NCBI GenBank assembly: GCA_047622625.1
Contig: JBLHMX010000001.1
Location: 1-38,233, forward strand
DNA length: 38,233 bases
Reading direction: 5' to 3'
DNA from: Paracoccaceae bacterium
Lineage (GTDB): Bacteria; Pseudomonadota; Alphaproteobacteria; Rhodobacterales; Rhodobacteraceae
Made by a program: the position numbers and the translations under genes. Shown here piece after piece: positions 1 through 9,125 of this stretch; the first letter of the stretch is position 1; each line of letters begins with the position of its first letter. The notes below the pieces were generated by a model, which was not told the origin of the DNA, did not search any database, and saw nothing but the letters and a program-made list of their open reading frames with translations.

Positions 1-171
1 TGCCTGACCTTTACCCGTGCCCACCGGCAAGGTCAACCGAACGCAAGGGTGCATTGGTGATGTTTTCGCGGATAAATTCCGCAAATGAAACCGGACACAT
101 CTAGTACTATAAAAGCGCCCGACACCGAAACGTTGATCGGTGCTTAGGTTCCCGCCAAATAATTCTCTTGA

Positions 172-720
172 TTGAAGTTGGACCACATCGAATACTTGAG
201 GGCAGCATGCAGACGACTAACAGTCATCAAGCAAGCGCTGGGTTCCGGCGATTTGGATGGCTTGAAAGCTCTGCTGCGAGAGTATCCGAATTGGGATATT
301 GACCAGCTTGCGGTTTTGTCGGGCGTAACTATCGATCCAGAGGTCTACGTGCGCAATATTTTCAAAGAAATTGCCGCCTATTTTCCGCCTCGTGGACGGT
401 TGTTTCCGGTGCGTAGTGGCAGCGAACTTGTCGGAATGGCCTTCCTTAGACCAGTTCGCAAAGACGCCTGTGAAGTAAAGCGGATGTACGTGCGCCCGGA
501 TCAAAGCCGACAGTGGCTTGGGGCGAAATAACTTGACCAATTAATTGATGAAGCGGTTGCAATGGGTTACGCGCGCATTCTGCTTGATAGCGCCACTTAC
601 ATGCCAAGTGCTCATGCGCTTTATCGTTCAAGAGGACTTTTGGACATCAAGTTCTACCCGGAAGGTGAGACCGACGAAGTATTTAAACCTTTCATGGTCT
701 ATATGGAAAGAATTCTGTGA
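172..720 (+). pseudogene. GNAT-family N-acetyltransferase interrupted by an in-frame TAA at 529-531
   Basis: ORF 172-531 ends ...EVKRMYVRPDQSRQWLGAK*. The same frame continues LDQLIDEAVAMGYARILLDSATYMPSAHALYRSRGLLDIKFYPEGETDEVFKPFMVYMERIL* to 720, a typical GNAT motif A/B C-terminus. The listed ORF 545-751 is in a different frame and does not match. The TTG start at 172 is only the first codon after an upstream TGA, so the true start is uncertain. Confidence 0.7.
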
Positions 721-753
721 CCGCGGATCGACGCGAAAACTGAACCTATAAAT

Positions 754-1608
754 CTACTTTTCAATCTTAGGCCGCCACCCAGGTTTTGCAAACAGCCTCA
801 TCCAGACCTCAGATGGCGTTTTTGAGCAACGCAGATCACGCCCAAGTTCTGGCAATTCAGAAAACCAGACTTTCAGCGGATTTCGGCTGTCAAAATCGCG
901 CACCAGACCATAGATCGGCGTTTCTTCCTCGACCTGAAAACTGCCAAACATCCGGTCCCAGATAATCAGTATACCGGCATAGTTTTTATCCAAATACTTC
1001 TGATCAGAGCCATGGTGCACGCGGTGATGGGATGGGGTGTTCAACACATATTCAAGCGGCCCCAACTTGCCAATCAGTTCGGTATGAAGCCAAGTTTGGT
1101 AGGCCAGCACAACAAGCATGCAGAAGAACACCACTTCTGGCGCGAAACCCAGGAAAATCATCGGTAAATGGGCCAGGAAGGCCCAGACACCTTCAAACGG
1201 TCCAAAGCGCACTGCAGTGATGATATTCATGTCGCGGGACGAATGGTGAACTGCATGTTGCGTCCATAGAATCCGCACCATGTGGGCCGTTTTGTGTTCC
1301 CAATAATACGTTATATCTGCAACGACAACCGCAAGTATCAACCCAAGTGCGGTTGTCGGAATGGCCCAGGTCACGATCGTTTCAGCGATCACATAATAAG
1401 CCCCATAGGCGCCTGTAAAAATCACAACCTCGAATAGGATCGAAGGTATCTGAGTCGATGCCGACACTAGCATTTCGCCAATAGTTCTGGCCTTTAATTT
1501 CCCGCTGAACCAAGCCTCGGCGATCTCGATTAACAGGATCGCAGCCCCGATTAGGAAAAATGCCTCATCAATGTCGCTGCCAAGCGCCGCCAATACTTCA
1601 AAATTCAT
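754..1608 (-). CDS. sterol desaturase / fatty acid hydroxylase superfamily membrane protein
   Basis: Histidine boxes HKTAHMVRILWTQHAVHH and HHRVHHG, with several hydrophobic helices. Start moved to the internal ATG (MNFEVLAAL) preceded by AAGGAAAG, 1 nt after the tetR TGA. Confidence 0.8.
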   Translation of the reverse strand: MNFEVLAALGSDIDEAFFLIGAAILLIEIAEAWFSGKLKARTIGEMLVSASTQIPSILFEVVIFTGAYGAYYVIAETIVTWAIPTTALGLILAVVVADITYYWEHKTAHMVRILWTQHAVHHSSRDMNIITAVRFGPFEGVWAFLAHLPMIFLGFAPEVVFFCMLVVLAYQTWLHTELIGKLGPLEYVLNTPSHHRVHHGSDQKYLDKNYAGILIIWDRMFGSFQVEEETPIYGLVRDFDSRNPLKVWFSELPELGRDLRCSKTPSEVWMRLFAKPGWRPKIEK

Positions 1609-1609
1609 T

Positions 1610-2155
1610 TCACTTTCCTTTTGTACCTTTTTCAAACGTAGCCCACGCCATCGCGCAGGCCTCTGCATGAGTTGCTTGACCACGTCGCACCATCGTCCAT
1701 GCCGCATAAATCAGCCCGTCATAGACCTCGGCGATCCACTCATCTGACAAGTTGGTGGCAAATGCGCCTTCAGATCGGGCGGCTTTGATTGCGGCTAAAG
1801 TTTCATCGACGCTTGACTGATAAAGTTCTGCGATTTCAGGGTCTTGTTGTACTGGATCAAGCGTTAAGAACCATTGGCGATCGGCCAAGGGAATGATTGC
1901 GGCCAAGGCCAGTTTCAATCCGTCAAGGTTACTACGTGCGCTATTAGTTGCCGCATCCACCGCTGCATCAAGTTCGCGCTTTGCAATCTGGGCCAATTCG
2001 ACCATCAGCGCCTCGCGTGTGGCAAAGTGGCGATACAGCGTTGCCCGCCCAACTCCGGCTTCTTTTGCCACATCCAAGATACTCGCACCGGGATTCGCGC
2101 CAAAAACGTGAAAAGCCGCTTCTAAGATCGCTGTGTGAGAGTCTGAATTGGACAT
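1610..2155 (-). CDS. TetR/AcrR-family transcriptional regulator
   Basis: N-terminal HTH ILEAAFHVFGANPGASILDVAKEAGVGRATLYRHF. Three in-frame ATGs (2173, 2164, 2155) are possible starts; the MSNSDSH start is chosen as the usual TetR N-terminal length. Confidence 0.85.
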   Translation of the reverse strand: MSNSDSHTAILEAAFHVFGANPGASILDVAKEAGVGRATLYRHFATREALMVELAQIAKRELDAAVDAATNSARSNLDGLKLALAAIIPLADRQWFLTLDPVQQDPEIAELYQSSVDETLAAIKAARSEGAFATNLSDEWIAEVYDGLIYAAWTMVRRGQATHAEACAMAWATFEKGTKGK

Positions 2156-2173
2156 GAGACACATATGTCTCAT
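2154..2173. promoter_or_regulatory. 8-4-8 inverted repeat ATGAGACA-CATA-TGTCTCAT, candidate TetR autoregulatory operator
   Basis: Perfect 8-bp arms read directly from the sequence. It covers all three candidate ATG start codons of tetR. Confidence 0.45.
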
Positions 2174-2196
2174 TCATCAACAGATTTCAAGCCCAA

Positions 2197-2224
2197 ATCA
2201 TAGCAATGCAGTTTCAGTGCTCAA
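2197..2224 (-). promoter_or_regulatory. candidate sigma70-type promoter for tetR plus the desaturase gene
   Basis: On the minus strand: TTGAGC (2224-2219), 16-nt spacer, TATGAT (2202-2197), about 23 nt upstream of the inverted repeat. Confidence 0.35.
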
Positions 2225-2282
2225 GATCCATGTCGACGCCTGCTCGACACGTGCACGCTGACGCCGCTCAATTATCGCGCTG

Positions 2283-3065
2283 TTATTGCACCCAATTGGG
2301 TTTGCGCTTTTCAAAAAATGCCGCAATCCCTTCGGCGGCCTCGTCGCCCTCCCAACAAGCGACCAGTCGATCGATCGTATCATCAATAACCGGCTCCGTA
2401 ATTGAAGGACCTAGCGAACGGGCCAGACGCTTGGCCGCAGCCACCGCACCGGGCGCTGCTTGCAAGTAGGGTACAACTTCGGCCTCAACCGCTGCGTCCA
2501 AATCTTCGGCTGCAACCACGCGCGACAGAAGGTTCAGCGAAAGCGCTTCATCGGCCCCAAACAATCGCGCCGACATAAACACACGCCGCGCCTTATCTTC
2601 CCCCATACGTGCCAGGACATAAGGGCTGATTGTCGCCGGAATTAAGCCAAGTTTCACCTCGGTCAAACCGAACTTCGCGCCAGTTACACCGACGACAGCG
2701 TCACACACTGACATCAAGCCAATCCCGCCGCCAAACGCATTGCCATGCACCCGCCCAATCAGGGGTTTAGGTAATGTATTCAGCGTATTAAGTGCATCAG
2801 CCAAGATACGCGCCTCGGCCCGACGTTCGGTATTACTTGCCGCCATTTGCGCTTGCATCCACCGCAAATCACCGCCTGCGCAAAACGATTTCCCCTCGCC
2901 CGCCAGCACGACAACCCGCACCGCGTCATCTGCCGCCAAATGGGCCGCTGCCACGTTCAATTCACGCAGCATTTCACCTGACATCGCGTTATGTTTGTCG
3001 CCGCGCGCCAGCCAAAGGGTGGCCACGCCGCGCGCATCGGTTTCGATTTTCAAGGTTTCAAACAT
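2283..3065 (-). CDS. liuC: enoyl-CoA hydratase family, probable methylglutaconyl-CoA hydratase
   Basis: Crotonase motifs (VVVLAGEGKSFCAGGDL, GNAFGGGIGL) and last position in the liu cluster. The ATG at 3065 overlaps the upstream TGA by 1 nt; a GTG at 3068 is an alternative start. Confidence 0.8.
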   Translation of the reverse strand: MFETLKIETDARGVATLWLARGDKHNAMSGEMLRELNVAAAHLAADDAVRVVVLAGEGKSFCAGGDLRWMQAQMAASNTERRAEARILADALNTLNTLPKPLIGRVHGNAFGGGIGLMSVCDAVVGVTGAKFGLTEVKLGLIPATISPYVLARMGEDKARRVFMSARLFGADEALSLNLLSRVVAAEDLDAAVEAEVVPYLQAAPGAVAAAKRLARSLGPSITEPVIDDTIDRLVACWEGDEAAEGIAAFFEKRKPNWVQ

Positions 3066-3919
3066 CACAAGCCCCGCAGTTTCCGTGCCATTTCAGCCGC
3101 CGCGATCAAAACGTCGCGATCCAGCCCTGTCTTATAACCCAATCCGATCAGCCGATCATGCATAGCCTCGCTTGCGACATTACCTTCGGCGCCTGGCGCA
3201 TAAGGGCACCCGCCCAGCCCGCCAACCGCCCCGTCAAAAACCCGCAAGCCAAGGTCAAGCGACACTTCAATATTTTCCAACGCGCGCCCCGCGGTATCGT
3301 GGTAATGTCCAGCCAGCATTCGCGCTGGAACCTCGTCCAGGACCGCACGTATCATCGCCGAAATACTTTCTGGTGTGCCCTGCCCGATTGTATCGCCAAG
3401 CGAGATTTCATGAACACCTGCATCACGCAGTTTCGCAGCCAAACCAGCGACTACTTTGGGGTCCGTCGGCCCATCAAATGGGCAATCAGTGACGCAAGAA
3501 ATATACCCCCGAACCGGAATTCCATCGTCATTTGCCGCCAGCACAATAGGCGCAAACCTTTCGAGACATTCGGCAATCGAACCGTTTGCATTGGCTTGGC
3601 TAAACCCTTCAGAAGCCGCCGAAAAAATCGCGACTTCGTCAGCCTTGGCAGCTTTGGCGCGTTGGTACCCCTGCAAATTTGGCGTAAGTCCCGCGTATGA
3701 AACGCCGTTTTCACGCGCAATTCCGGCCAAAACTTCGGCCCCGTCAGCCATTTGCGGTACCCATTTTGGTGACACAAAACTGGCCACTTCGATGCGTCTA
3801 AATCCTGCACCTGACAGCAGATCGACCAGCGCGATTTTATCACACGCGGGGATCATTCTAGCCTCATTTTGCAAGCCGTCCCTTGGGCCGACCTCGAATA
3901 TTTCCACGTAGTCAGACAT
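3065..3919 (-). CDS. liuE: hydroxymethylglutaryl-CoA lyase
   Basis: IFEVGPRDGLQNE N-terminus and GLGGCPYAPGAEGNVA motif, typical of HMG-CoA lyase. The start overlaps the GST stop by 8 nt. Confidence 0.9.
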   Translation of the reverse strand: MSDYVEIFEVGPRDGLQNEARMIPACDKIALVDLLSGAGFRRIEVASFVSPKWVPQMADGAEVLAGIARENGVSYAGLTPNLQGYQRAKAAKADEVAIFSAASEGFSQANANGSIAECLERFAPIVLAANDDGIPVRGYISCVTDCPFDGPTDPKVVAGLAAKLRDAGVHEISLGDTIGQGTPESISAMIRAVLDEVPARMLAGHYHDTAGRALENIEVSLDLGLRVFDGAVGGLGGCPYAPGAEGNVASEAMHDRLIGLGYKTGLDRDVLIAAAEMARKLRGL

Positions 3920-4568
3920 CGGGCACCTCGTAGAAAATTTTGTAGTACAACCTTTCCGCCCCTTCAGGTGGCAAAGACCTTTGAAATGCGGGTCGGGCCA
4001 TCAGACGCGCCAAATACGCCGAAACATTGGGCAAACTATCAAGCCGTACAAACTTTGCTGCACCATAAACCGAGTACCCGATATTTGTGTCGACCGCAGA
4101 AAACCCGCTGGCCAACATATAGTCCTGATTTTTCAAAGCCTCTTCCAGAACCCCCAACGTGCGCTTTAAACGCATGGCTTCGTATTTCATAACGCTGGGC
4201 GAGCGCATCCAGTTTTCGCGCAGCACAACGTGATGTTGCGTCAGCGTTGCCAAGTGCTGGCCGATAGTTTCAGCGAAATGCAACCATTGCACCCATTGCC
4301 AATGCTCAGGGTTGCCAACGGGCCGTCCCAATTTACATTCCGGATAGGTTTCAACCAAATATTCTGTAATCGCGCCTGTCTCAAAAACCGTTATATCACC
4401 GTCTTCCAATGCCGGAACACGTCCCGCAGGTGACAACTGGCGATAGTCATCGGTATAAAGTGGCGCGCGAAACGAATGCACGACCAGTTCAAACTCCAAC
4501 TCCATTTCGTAAAGAAGCGCCAGTGAGCGCGTTGAACGACTTTCCCACCCGTGATGCAGCCGCCTCAT
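3912..4568 (-). CDS. glutathione S-transferase family protein
   Basis: N-terminal thioredoxin-like region LHHGWESRSTRSLALLYEMELEFELV...GRVPALEDGDITVFETGAITEYL. ATGA overlap with the mccA stop. Confidence 0.75.
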   Translation of the reverse strand: MRRLHHGWESRSTRSLALLYEMELEFELVVHSFRAPLYTDDYRQLSPAGRVPALEDGDITVFETGAITEYLVETYPECKLGRPVGNPEHWQWVQWLHFAETIGQHLATLTQHHVVLRENWMRSPSVMKYEAMRLKRTLGVLEEALKNQDYMLASGFSAVDTNIGYSVYGAAKFVRLDSLPNVSAYLARLMARPAFQRSLPPEGAERLYYKIFYEVPDV

Positions 4569-6508
4569 TCTTCGACCTTTAGCACGATTAGCGCCGCACC
4601 GCTTTCCACTTGTGTTCCAGCCTGCGCCAACACCTCGGCTACGATACCATCACGCGGTGCGGTCATTACATGTTCCATTTTCATGGCCTCAAGAACCGCC
4701 AATCGATCACCGGCTTTAACAGGATCATCTGCCGAGACGAACACGGCCTTCAACATCCCCGGCATCGGTGAATTAACCACATTTCCGGCGTTGCCTGCCA
4801 TAACTTCACGCGCCAATGGATCAGGGATATCAAAATGCCAAGCTTGGCCCGCAAACACACTGACGGTTGCGTTTTTCACAATCACATTTGCAGATAGTTT
4901 CGTGCCATTGACCCACCAATCGCCACCACGGTTTTGCACAGAAACCGTCGCGCCGTTTATCGCAATCTCAAATCCGTCCGCCGCCCGTACCGATAGCTCC
5001 GCCGATATGTTTTCACCATCAAGGGTCAAATCCACTCGCTGTGAAAGCGGTTGCCAAATCGAAAATCCACGGGTCCAATCACCGTCATTATGCAGCCCGG
5101 TTGCACCAAGCACCGCCAAAGCCACCACGCCGACCGGCATTGGCCCAACTGCAGTTAGCGTTGCAAGATCGCGTTCGATCAAACCCGTATCGACCTGGCC
5201 TACGGCAAACCCTTGGTGCCTGCAAAGCGCCCCCAAAAATTCCAAATTGGTGACCGATCCCGCCACTTCTGTCGCGGCCAACGATTGTTCCATCCTTGCC
5301 AACGCAATTTCCCGATTGGCCCCATGTACGACTAGCTTGGCGATCATCGGGTCGTAAAACGGCGAGATTTTGTCACCTGCCCGAACGCCACTATCCGCCC
5401 GCGCACCCCTTGGAAATTCCAGATGCGTCAGCGTACCGGTTGCAGGCAAAAACCCCTTTGGCACGTCTTCTGAATAAAGCCGGGCCTCGAACGCATGGCC
5501 CGTGATTGCAAGTTCATCTTGCGCCAACGGCAAGGGCTCGCCCGCCGCTACACGCAATTGCCATTCGACCAGGTCAACGCCAGTAATCATTTCTGTGACT
5601 GGATGTTCCACCTGCAAACGCGTGTTCATTTCCATGAACCAAAACCGATCGGCAAGCAGACCGTCCGTGCCGTCGACAATGAACTCGATCGTGCCAGCGC
5701 CACTGTATCCAATTGTTTTCGCTGCCTGCACCGCCGCCGCGCCCATAGCGGCGCGAACTTCGTCGGTCATGCCCGGCGCGGGTGCCTCTTCGATCACCTT
5801 TTGGTGACGCCGTTGAAGCGAGCAATCGCGTTCAAACAAATGCACGACGTTACCGTGGTTGTCGCCAAAAACCTGGACCTCTATGTGGCGCGGGCTAAGA
5901 ATGTATTTTTCAATCAAAACGTCATCATTGCCAAAAGCCGCCTTGGCTTCGCTGCGAGCCGAGGCCAACATATCAGCAAAATCCACAGGATCATCGACAC
6001 GGCGCATGCCCTTGCCACCGCCACCCGCCACGGCTTTAACAAGCACTGGATAACCAATCTTGTCCGCCTCACCGGACAGAAAATGATCGTCTTGCTTGTC
6101 GCGGTGATAACCAGGCACCACTGGAACGCCTGCTTTTATCATCAAAACCTTGGCGGCGTCTTTCAAGCCCATCGCCCGGATCGCATCGGCCGAGGGGCCG
6201 ATAAACACAAGCCCAGCTGCTTCTACTGCTTCAACAAATTCAGGATTTTCTGACAAAAACCCATAGCCGGGATGGATCGCCTGAGCGCCGATATCCAACG
6301 CCGCTTGAATAATTCGCCCACTCAAAAGGTAACTTTCAGCGGCGGGCGAGCGACCAATATGCACAGCCTCATCTGCCATCGCCACATGTTTGGCCATCTG
6401 ATCCGCATCGGAAAACACAGCGACGGTTTTGACGCCCATTGCACGCGCCGTTTCCATCACGCGACAAGCGATTTCACCACGATTGGCGATTAGGATTTTG
6501 TCAAACAT
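4565..6508 (-). CDS. liuD: methylcrotonyl-CoA carboxylase alpha subunit (biotin carboxylase plus BCCP domain)
   Basis: MFDKILIANRGEIACRV biotin carboxylase N-terminus, ATP-grasp GGGGKGMR, and the C-terminal biotinylation motif LEAMKMEH. ATG at 6508 preferred over GTG at 6511. Confidence 0.9.
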   Translation of the reverse strand: MFDKILIANRGEIACRVMETARAMGVKTVAVFSDADQMAKHVAMADEAVHIGRSPAAESYLLSGRIIQAALDIGAQAIHPGYGFLSENPEFVEAVEAAGLVFIGPSADAIRAMGLKDAAKVLMIKAGVPVVPGYHRDKQDDHFLSGEADKIGYPVLVKAVAGGGGKGMRRVDDPVDFADMLASARSEAKAAFGNDDVLIEKYILSPRHIEVQVFGDNHGNVVHLFERDCSLQRRHQKVIEEAPAPGMTDEVRAAMGAAAVQAAKTIGYSGAGTIEFIVDGTDGLLADRFWFMEMNTRLQVEHPVTEMITGVDLVEWQLRVAAGEPLPLAQDELAITGHAFEARLYSEDVPKGFLPATGTLTHLEFPRGARADSGVRAGDKISPFYDPMIAKLVVHGANREIALARMEQSLAATEVAGSVTNLEFLGALCRHQGFAVGQVDTGLIERDLATLTAVGPMPVGVVALAVLGATGLHNDGDWTRGFSIWQPLSQRVDLTLDGENISAELSVRAADGFEIAINGATVSVQNRGGDWWVNGTKLSANVIVKNATVSVFAGQAWHFDIPDPLAREVMAGNAGNVVNSPMPGMLKAVFVSADDPVKAGDRLAVLEAMKMEHVMTAPRDGIVAEVLAQAGTQVESGAALIVLKVEE

Positions 6509-6522
6509 CACACCGTCTTTCG

Positions 6523-7491
6523 TTAAATCCGCTTCCAGCTGCCGCCAAGCAACGCCTCGGCTTCGGCCACCATTTTCGTCATAATTTCTGCCGCTGGCAC
6601 AATGTCGTGAACCAGCCCCGCTGCTTCGCCTATGAAGGTGTTCGATCCCTTGGGATCACCCTTCATCCATGCCGCACTCCAGGCCAGGCCTACGGTTTTT
6701 GTTGCCGCTTTAAGGCCCTCAATGTCTTTGTGCCAACGTTCTGTAAACTCGTTTTGCAGAACACGGGCCGAATATCGATCGGGCCAATTCAAATCGCGCG
6801 CCAAATCCATAACGCTGCTGCGCACCGTCTCGTCGCCAGTTGCCGCCAAAGCCGCATCGTGCATCGCGTCAGCAACTTGAGCTTCGTTTGACGCCCAAAA
6901 CCGCGAGCCCACAAGAACACCATCGGCCCCCAACATTAGACTAGCCGCCAAACCGCGCCCATCGGCAATACCTCCAGCGGCACACAGAACCACATCAGGT
7001 GCATTTTTAGCCAACCAATCGGCAACTTCTGGCACGATTGTCAGGGTAGCGCGGCTTCCGCCATGTCCGCCCGCTTCAGCCCCTTGGGCCACGATCACGT
7101 CGGCACCAGAGTTAGCCGCATGTTTGGCGTCACGCAGGGTTTGAATCTGACAAATCAGTGGTACATTTGCCGCCTTGATCGCAGGTGCAAAGGGTTCTGG
7201 ATCGCCAAACGATAAGAACATTGCCGCAGGGGCGTGGTTTAAGATCAGCTCAAGTAACTCTGGCTGCTCTGCTAAACGCCACGTGATCAACCCGCAGCCA
7301 ATTTTCTGATTTCCTGCATCCTGAAATGCAGCTTTAAGCCAATCCGCATTGCCGTATCCACCACCGATCAGACCAAGACCACCGGCGCGGGTGACAGCGC
7401 TTGCCAGTTTACCACCAGCGGCATAGGCCATCGGCGCCGACAAAACCGGGTGTTTTATGCCGAAGAACTTGGTTAATCGCGTTTCGATCAT
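6523..7491 (-). CDS. nitronate monooxygenase (NMO / 2-nitropropane dioxygenase-like, FMN TIM barrel)
   Basis: FGIKHPVLSAPMAYAAGGKLASAVTRAGGLGLIG and VIVAQGAEAGGHGG motifs. Start moved to the internal ATG (MIETRL), which avoids overlap with mccB. Confidence 0.75.
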   Translation of the reverse strand: MIETRLTKFFGIKHPVLSAPMAYAAGGKLASAVTRAGGLGLIGGGYGNADWLKAAFQDAGNQKIGCGLITWRLAEQPELLELILNHAPAAMFLSFGDPEPFAPAIKAANVPLICQIQTLRDAKHAANSGADVIVAQGAEAGGHGGSRATLTIVPEVADWLAKNAPDVVLCAAGGIADGRGLAASLMLGADGVLVGSRFWASNEAQVADAMHDAALAATGDETVRSSVMDLARDLNWPDRYSARVLQNEFTERWHKDIEGLKAATKTVGLAWSAAWMKGDPKGSNTFIGEAAGLVHDIVPAAEIMTKMVAEAEALLGGSWKRI

Positions 7492-7501
7492 TAACTGATC
7501 C

Positions 7502-9106
7502 TTACATTCTGAACACGCCGAAACGTGTATCTTCAATTGGTTTGCACAGGCTAGCCGACAGACTTAATGCCAGCACTTCGCGGGATTTTCTGGGGTCGAT
7601 AATGCCGTCATCCCACAGACGTGCCGACCCGTAAAGCGGGTGACTTTGGCGCGCAAACATATCAAGCGTTGGCTGCTTAAATGTAGTTTCTTCTTCGATT
7701 GACCACGACCCGCCGCCGCGCACAATTGCATCGCGTTTGACTGTGGCTAAAACCCCGGCGGCTTGTTCGCCGCCCATTACGCCAACGCTGGAATTAGGCC
7801 AGGCCCACAGGAATTGCGGCGAATAGGCCCGCCCAGCCATGCCATAATTTCCGGCACCGTTTGAACCACCTATTAGCATCGTGATTTTTGGCACACTCGT
7901 ACTGGCCACAGCGGTCACCATCTTGGCACCGTGGCGCGCGATACCTTCGTTTTCCGATTTTTTCCCGACCATGAAACCCGTGATGTTTTGCAAAAACACC
8001 ATCGGAATTTTGCGTTGTGAACACAGTTCCACGAAATGCGCGCCTTTTTGGGCTGAATCCGAAAAAATGACACCATTATTTCCAATGACCCCAACGGGAT
8101 ATCCCTTGATATGGGCAAAACCACAGACCAGTGTTTCGCCGAACCTTGGCTTAAACTCATCAAACCGCGAGCTATCCAACAGACGGGCCAAAACTTCGCG
8201 CACATCATAAGGCTGTCGCAAATCAGTGGGCACGACGCCAAACAATTCGCTTGGATCGTAAAGCGGTTCTTCCGGCGTTTGCATCACTACGGTTGTGGGT
8301 TTGGCTCGGTTCAGGGATGCCACGGCGCGGCGCGCCAAAGCCAGCGCGTGGGCGTCATCTTCGGCCAGATAATCAGCAACTCCTGACAGACGTGTATGCA
8401 CGTCACCACCGCCTAATTCTTCGGCGGAAACAACTTCGCCCAGCGCGGCTTTAACCAAGGGAGGCCCCGCCAGAAAAATCGTGCCCTGCTCCTTAACAAT
8501 AATTGCCACGTCCGACATGGCAGGCACATACGCCCCGCCTGCGGTACAAGACCCCATGACCACAGCGATCTGGGGAATACCCTTGGCTGACATGTTAGCT
8601 TGATTGAAAAATATCCGGCCGAAATGGTCGCGATCAGGGAAAACCTCATCTTGATTTGGCAGATTGGCCCCGCCTGAATCGACCAGATAAATACACGGTA
8701 AATGGTTCTGTTCGGCGATCTCTTGCGCACGCAGATGTTTTTTCACCGTCATCGGAAAATAGGTGCCACCCTTAACAGTAGCATCGTTGCAAACGACAAC
8801 CACCTCAAGCCCATGCACACGCCCAATGCCACAGATCACTCCAGCGCCGGGGGCGGCATTGTCGTACATATCATGAGCAGCAGTCGCACCGATTTCCAAA
8901 AACGGACTGCCGGGGTCAAGCAAGTTGGCCACCCGATCGCGCGGTAGCATTTTGCCCCGCGAAAGGTGGCGCGCGCGCGATTTTTCGCCGCCGCCAGCTT
9001 GCGCAAGCGTGGCTGCCTGCATCATCTCGGCAAGTAAGGCTTCATGGGCCCTTTGGTTTGCCCTGAAACTGTCTGAACCCGTTAGAATGTTTGATGTTAA
9101 TTGCAT
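7502..9106 (-). CDS. liuB: methylcrotonyl-CoA carboxylase beta subunit (carboxyltransferase)
   Basis: 534 aa acyl-CoA carboxyltransferase with two crotonase-like halves ([40 protein letters not shown]), in liu context. Confidence 0.9.
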   Translation of the reverse strand: MQLTSNILTGSDSFRANQRAHEALLAEMMQAATLAQAGGGEKSRARHLSRGKMLPRDRVANLLDPGSPFLEIGATAAHDMYDNAAPGAGVICGIGRVHGLEVVVVCNDATVKGGTYFPMTVKKHLRAQEIAEQNHLPCIYLVDSGGANLPNQDEVFPDRDHFGRIFFNQANMSAKGIPQIAVVMGSCTAGGAYVPAMSDVAIIVKEQGTIFLAGPPLVKAALGEVVSAEELGGGDVHTRLSGVADYLAEDDAHALALARRAVASLNRAKPTTVVMQTPEEPLYDPSELFGVVPTDLRQPYDVREVLARLLDSSRFDEFKPRFGETLVCGFAHIKGYPVGVIGNNGVIFSDSAQKGAHFVELCSQRKIPMVFLQNITGFMVGKKSENEGIARHGAKMVTAVASTSVPKITMLIGGSNGAGNYGMAGRAYSPQFLWAWPNSSVGVMGGEQAAGVLATVKRDAIVRGGGSWSIEEETTFKQPTLDMFARQSHPLYGSARLWDDGIIDPRKSREVLALSLSASLCKPIEDTRFGVFRM

Positions 9107-9125
9107 CGACTAGCTTTCACTTTGC

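Noticed and set aside
545-751. A 68-aa ORF following the truncated GNAT ORF.
   Set aside because: It is in the wrong frame. The GNAT C-terminus is encoded in the same frame as 172-531, continuing to 720 after the TAA.
2792-3700. A 302-aa ORF on the plus strand. Similar long ORFs occur at 4551-5357, 5495-6253, 26294-26824, 36125-36580 and 19540-20025.
   Set aside because: All lie antisense to, or out of frame with, genes that carry strong family motifs. Their translations are Arg/Pro/Ser/Ala-rich and low in complexity, with no recognisable domains. They are typical shadow ORFs.
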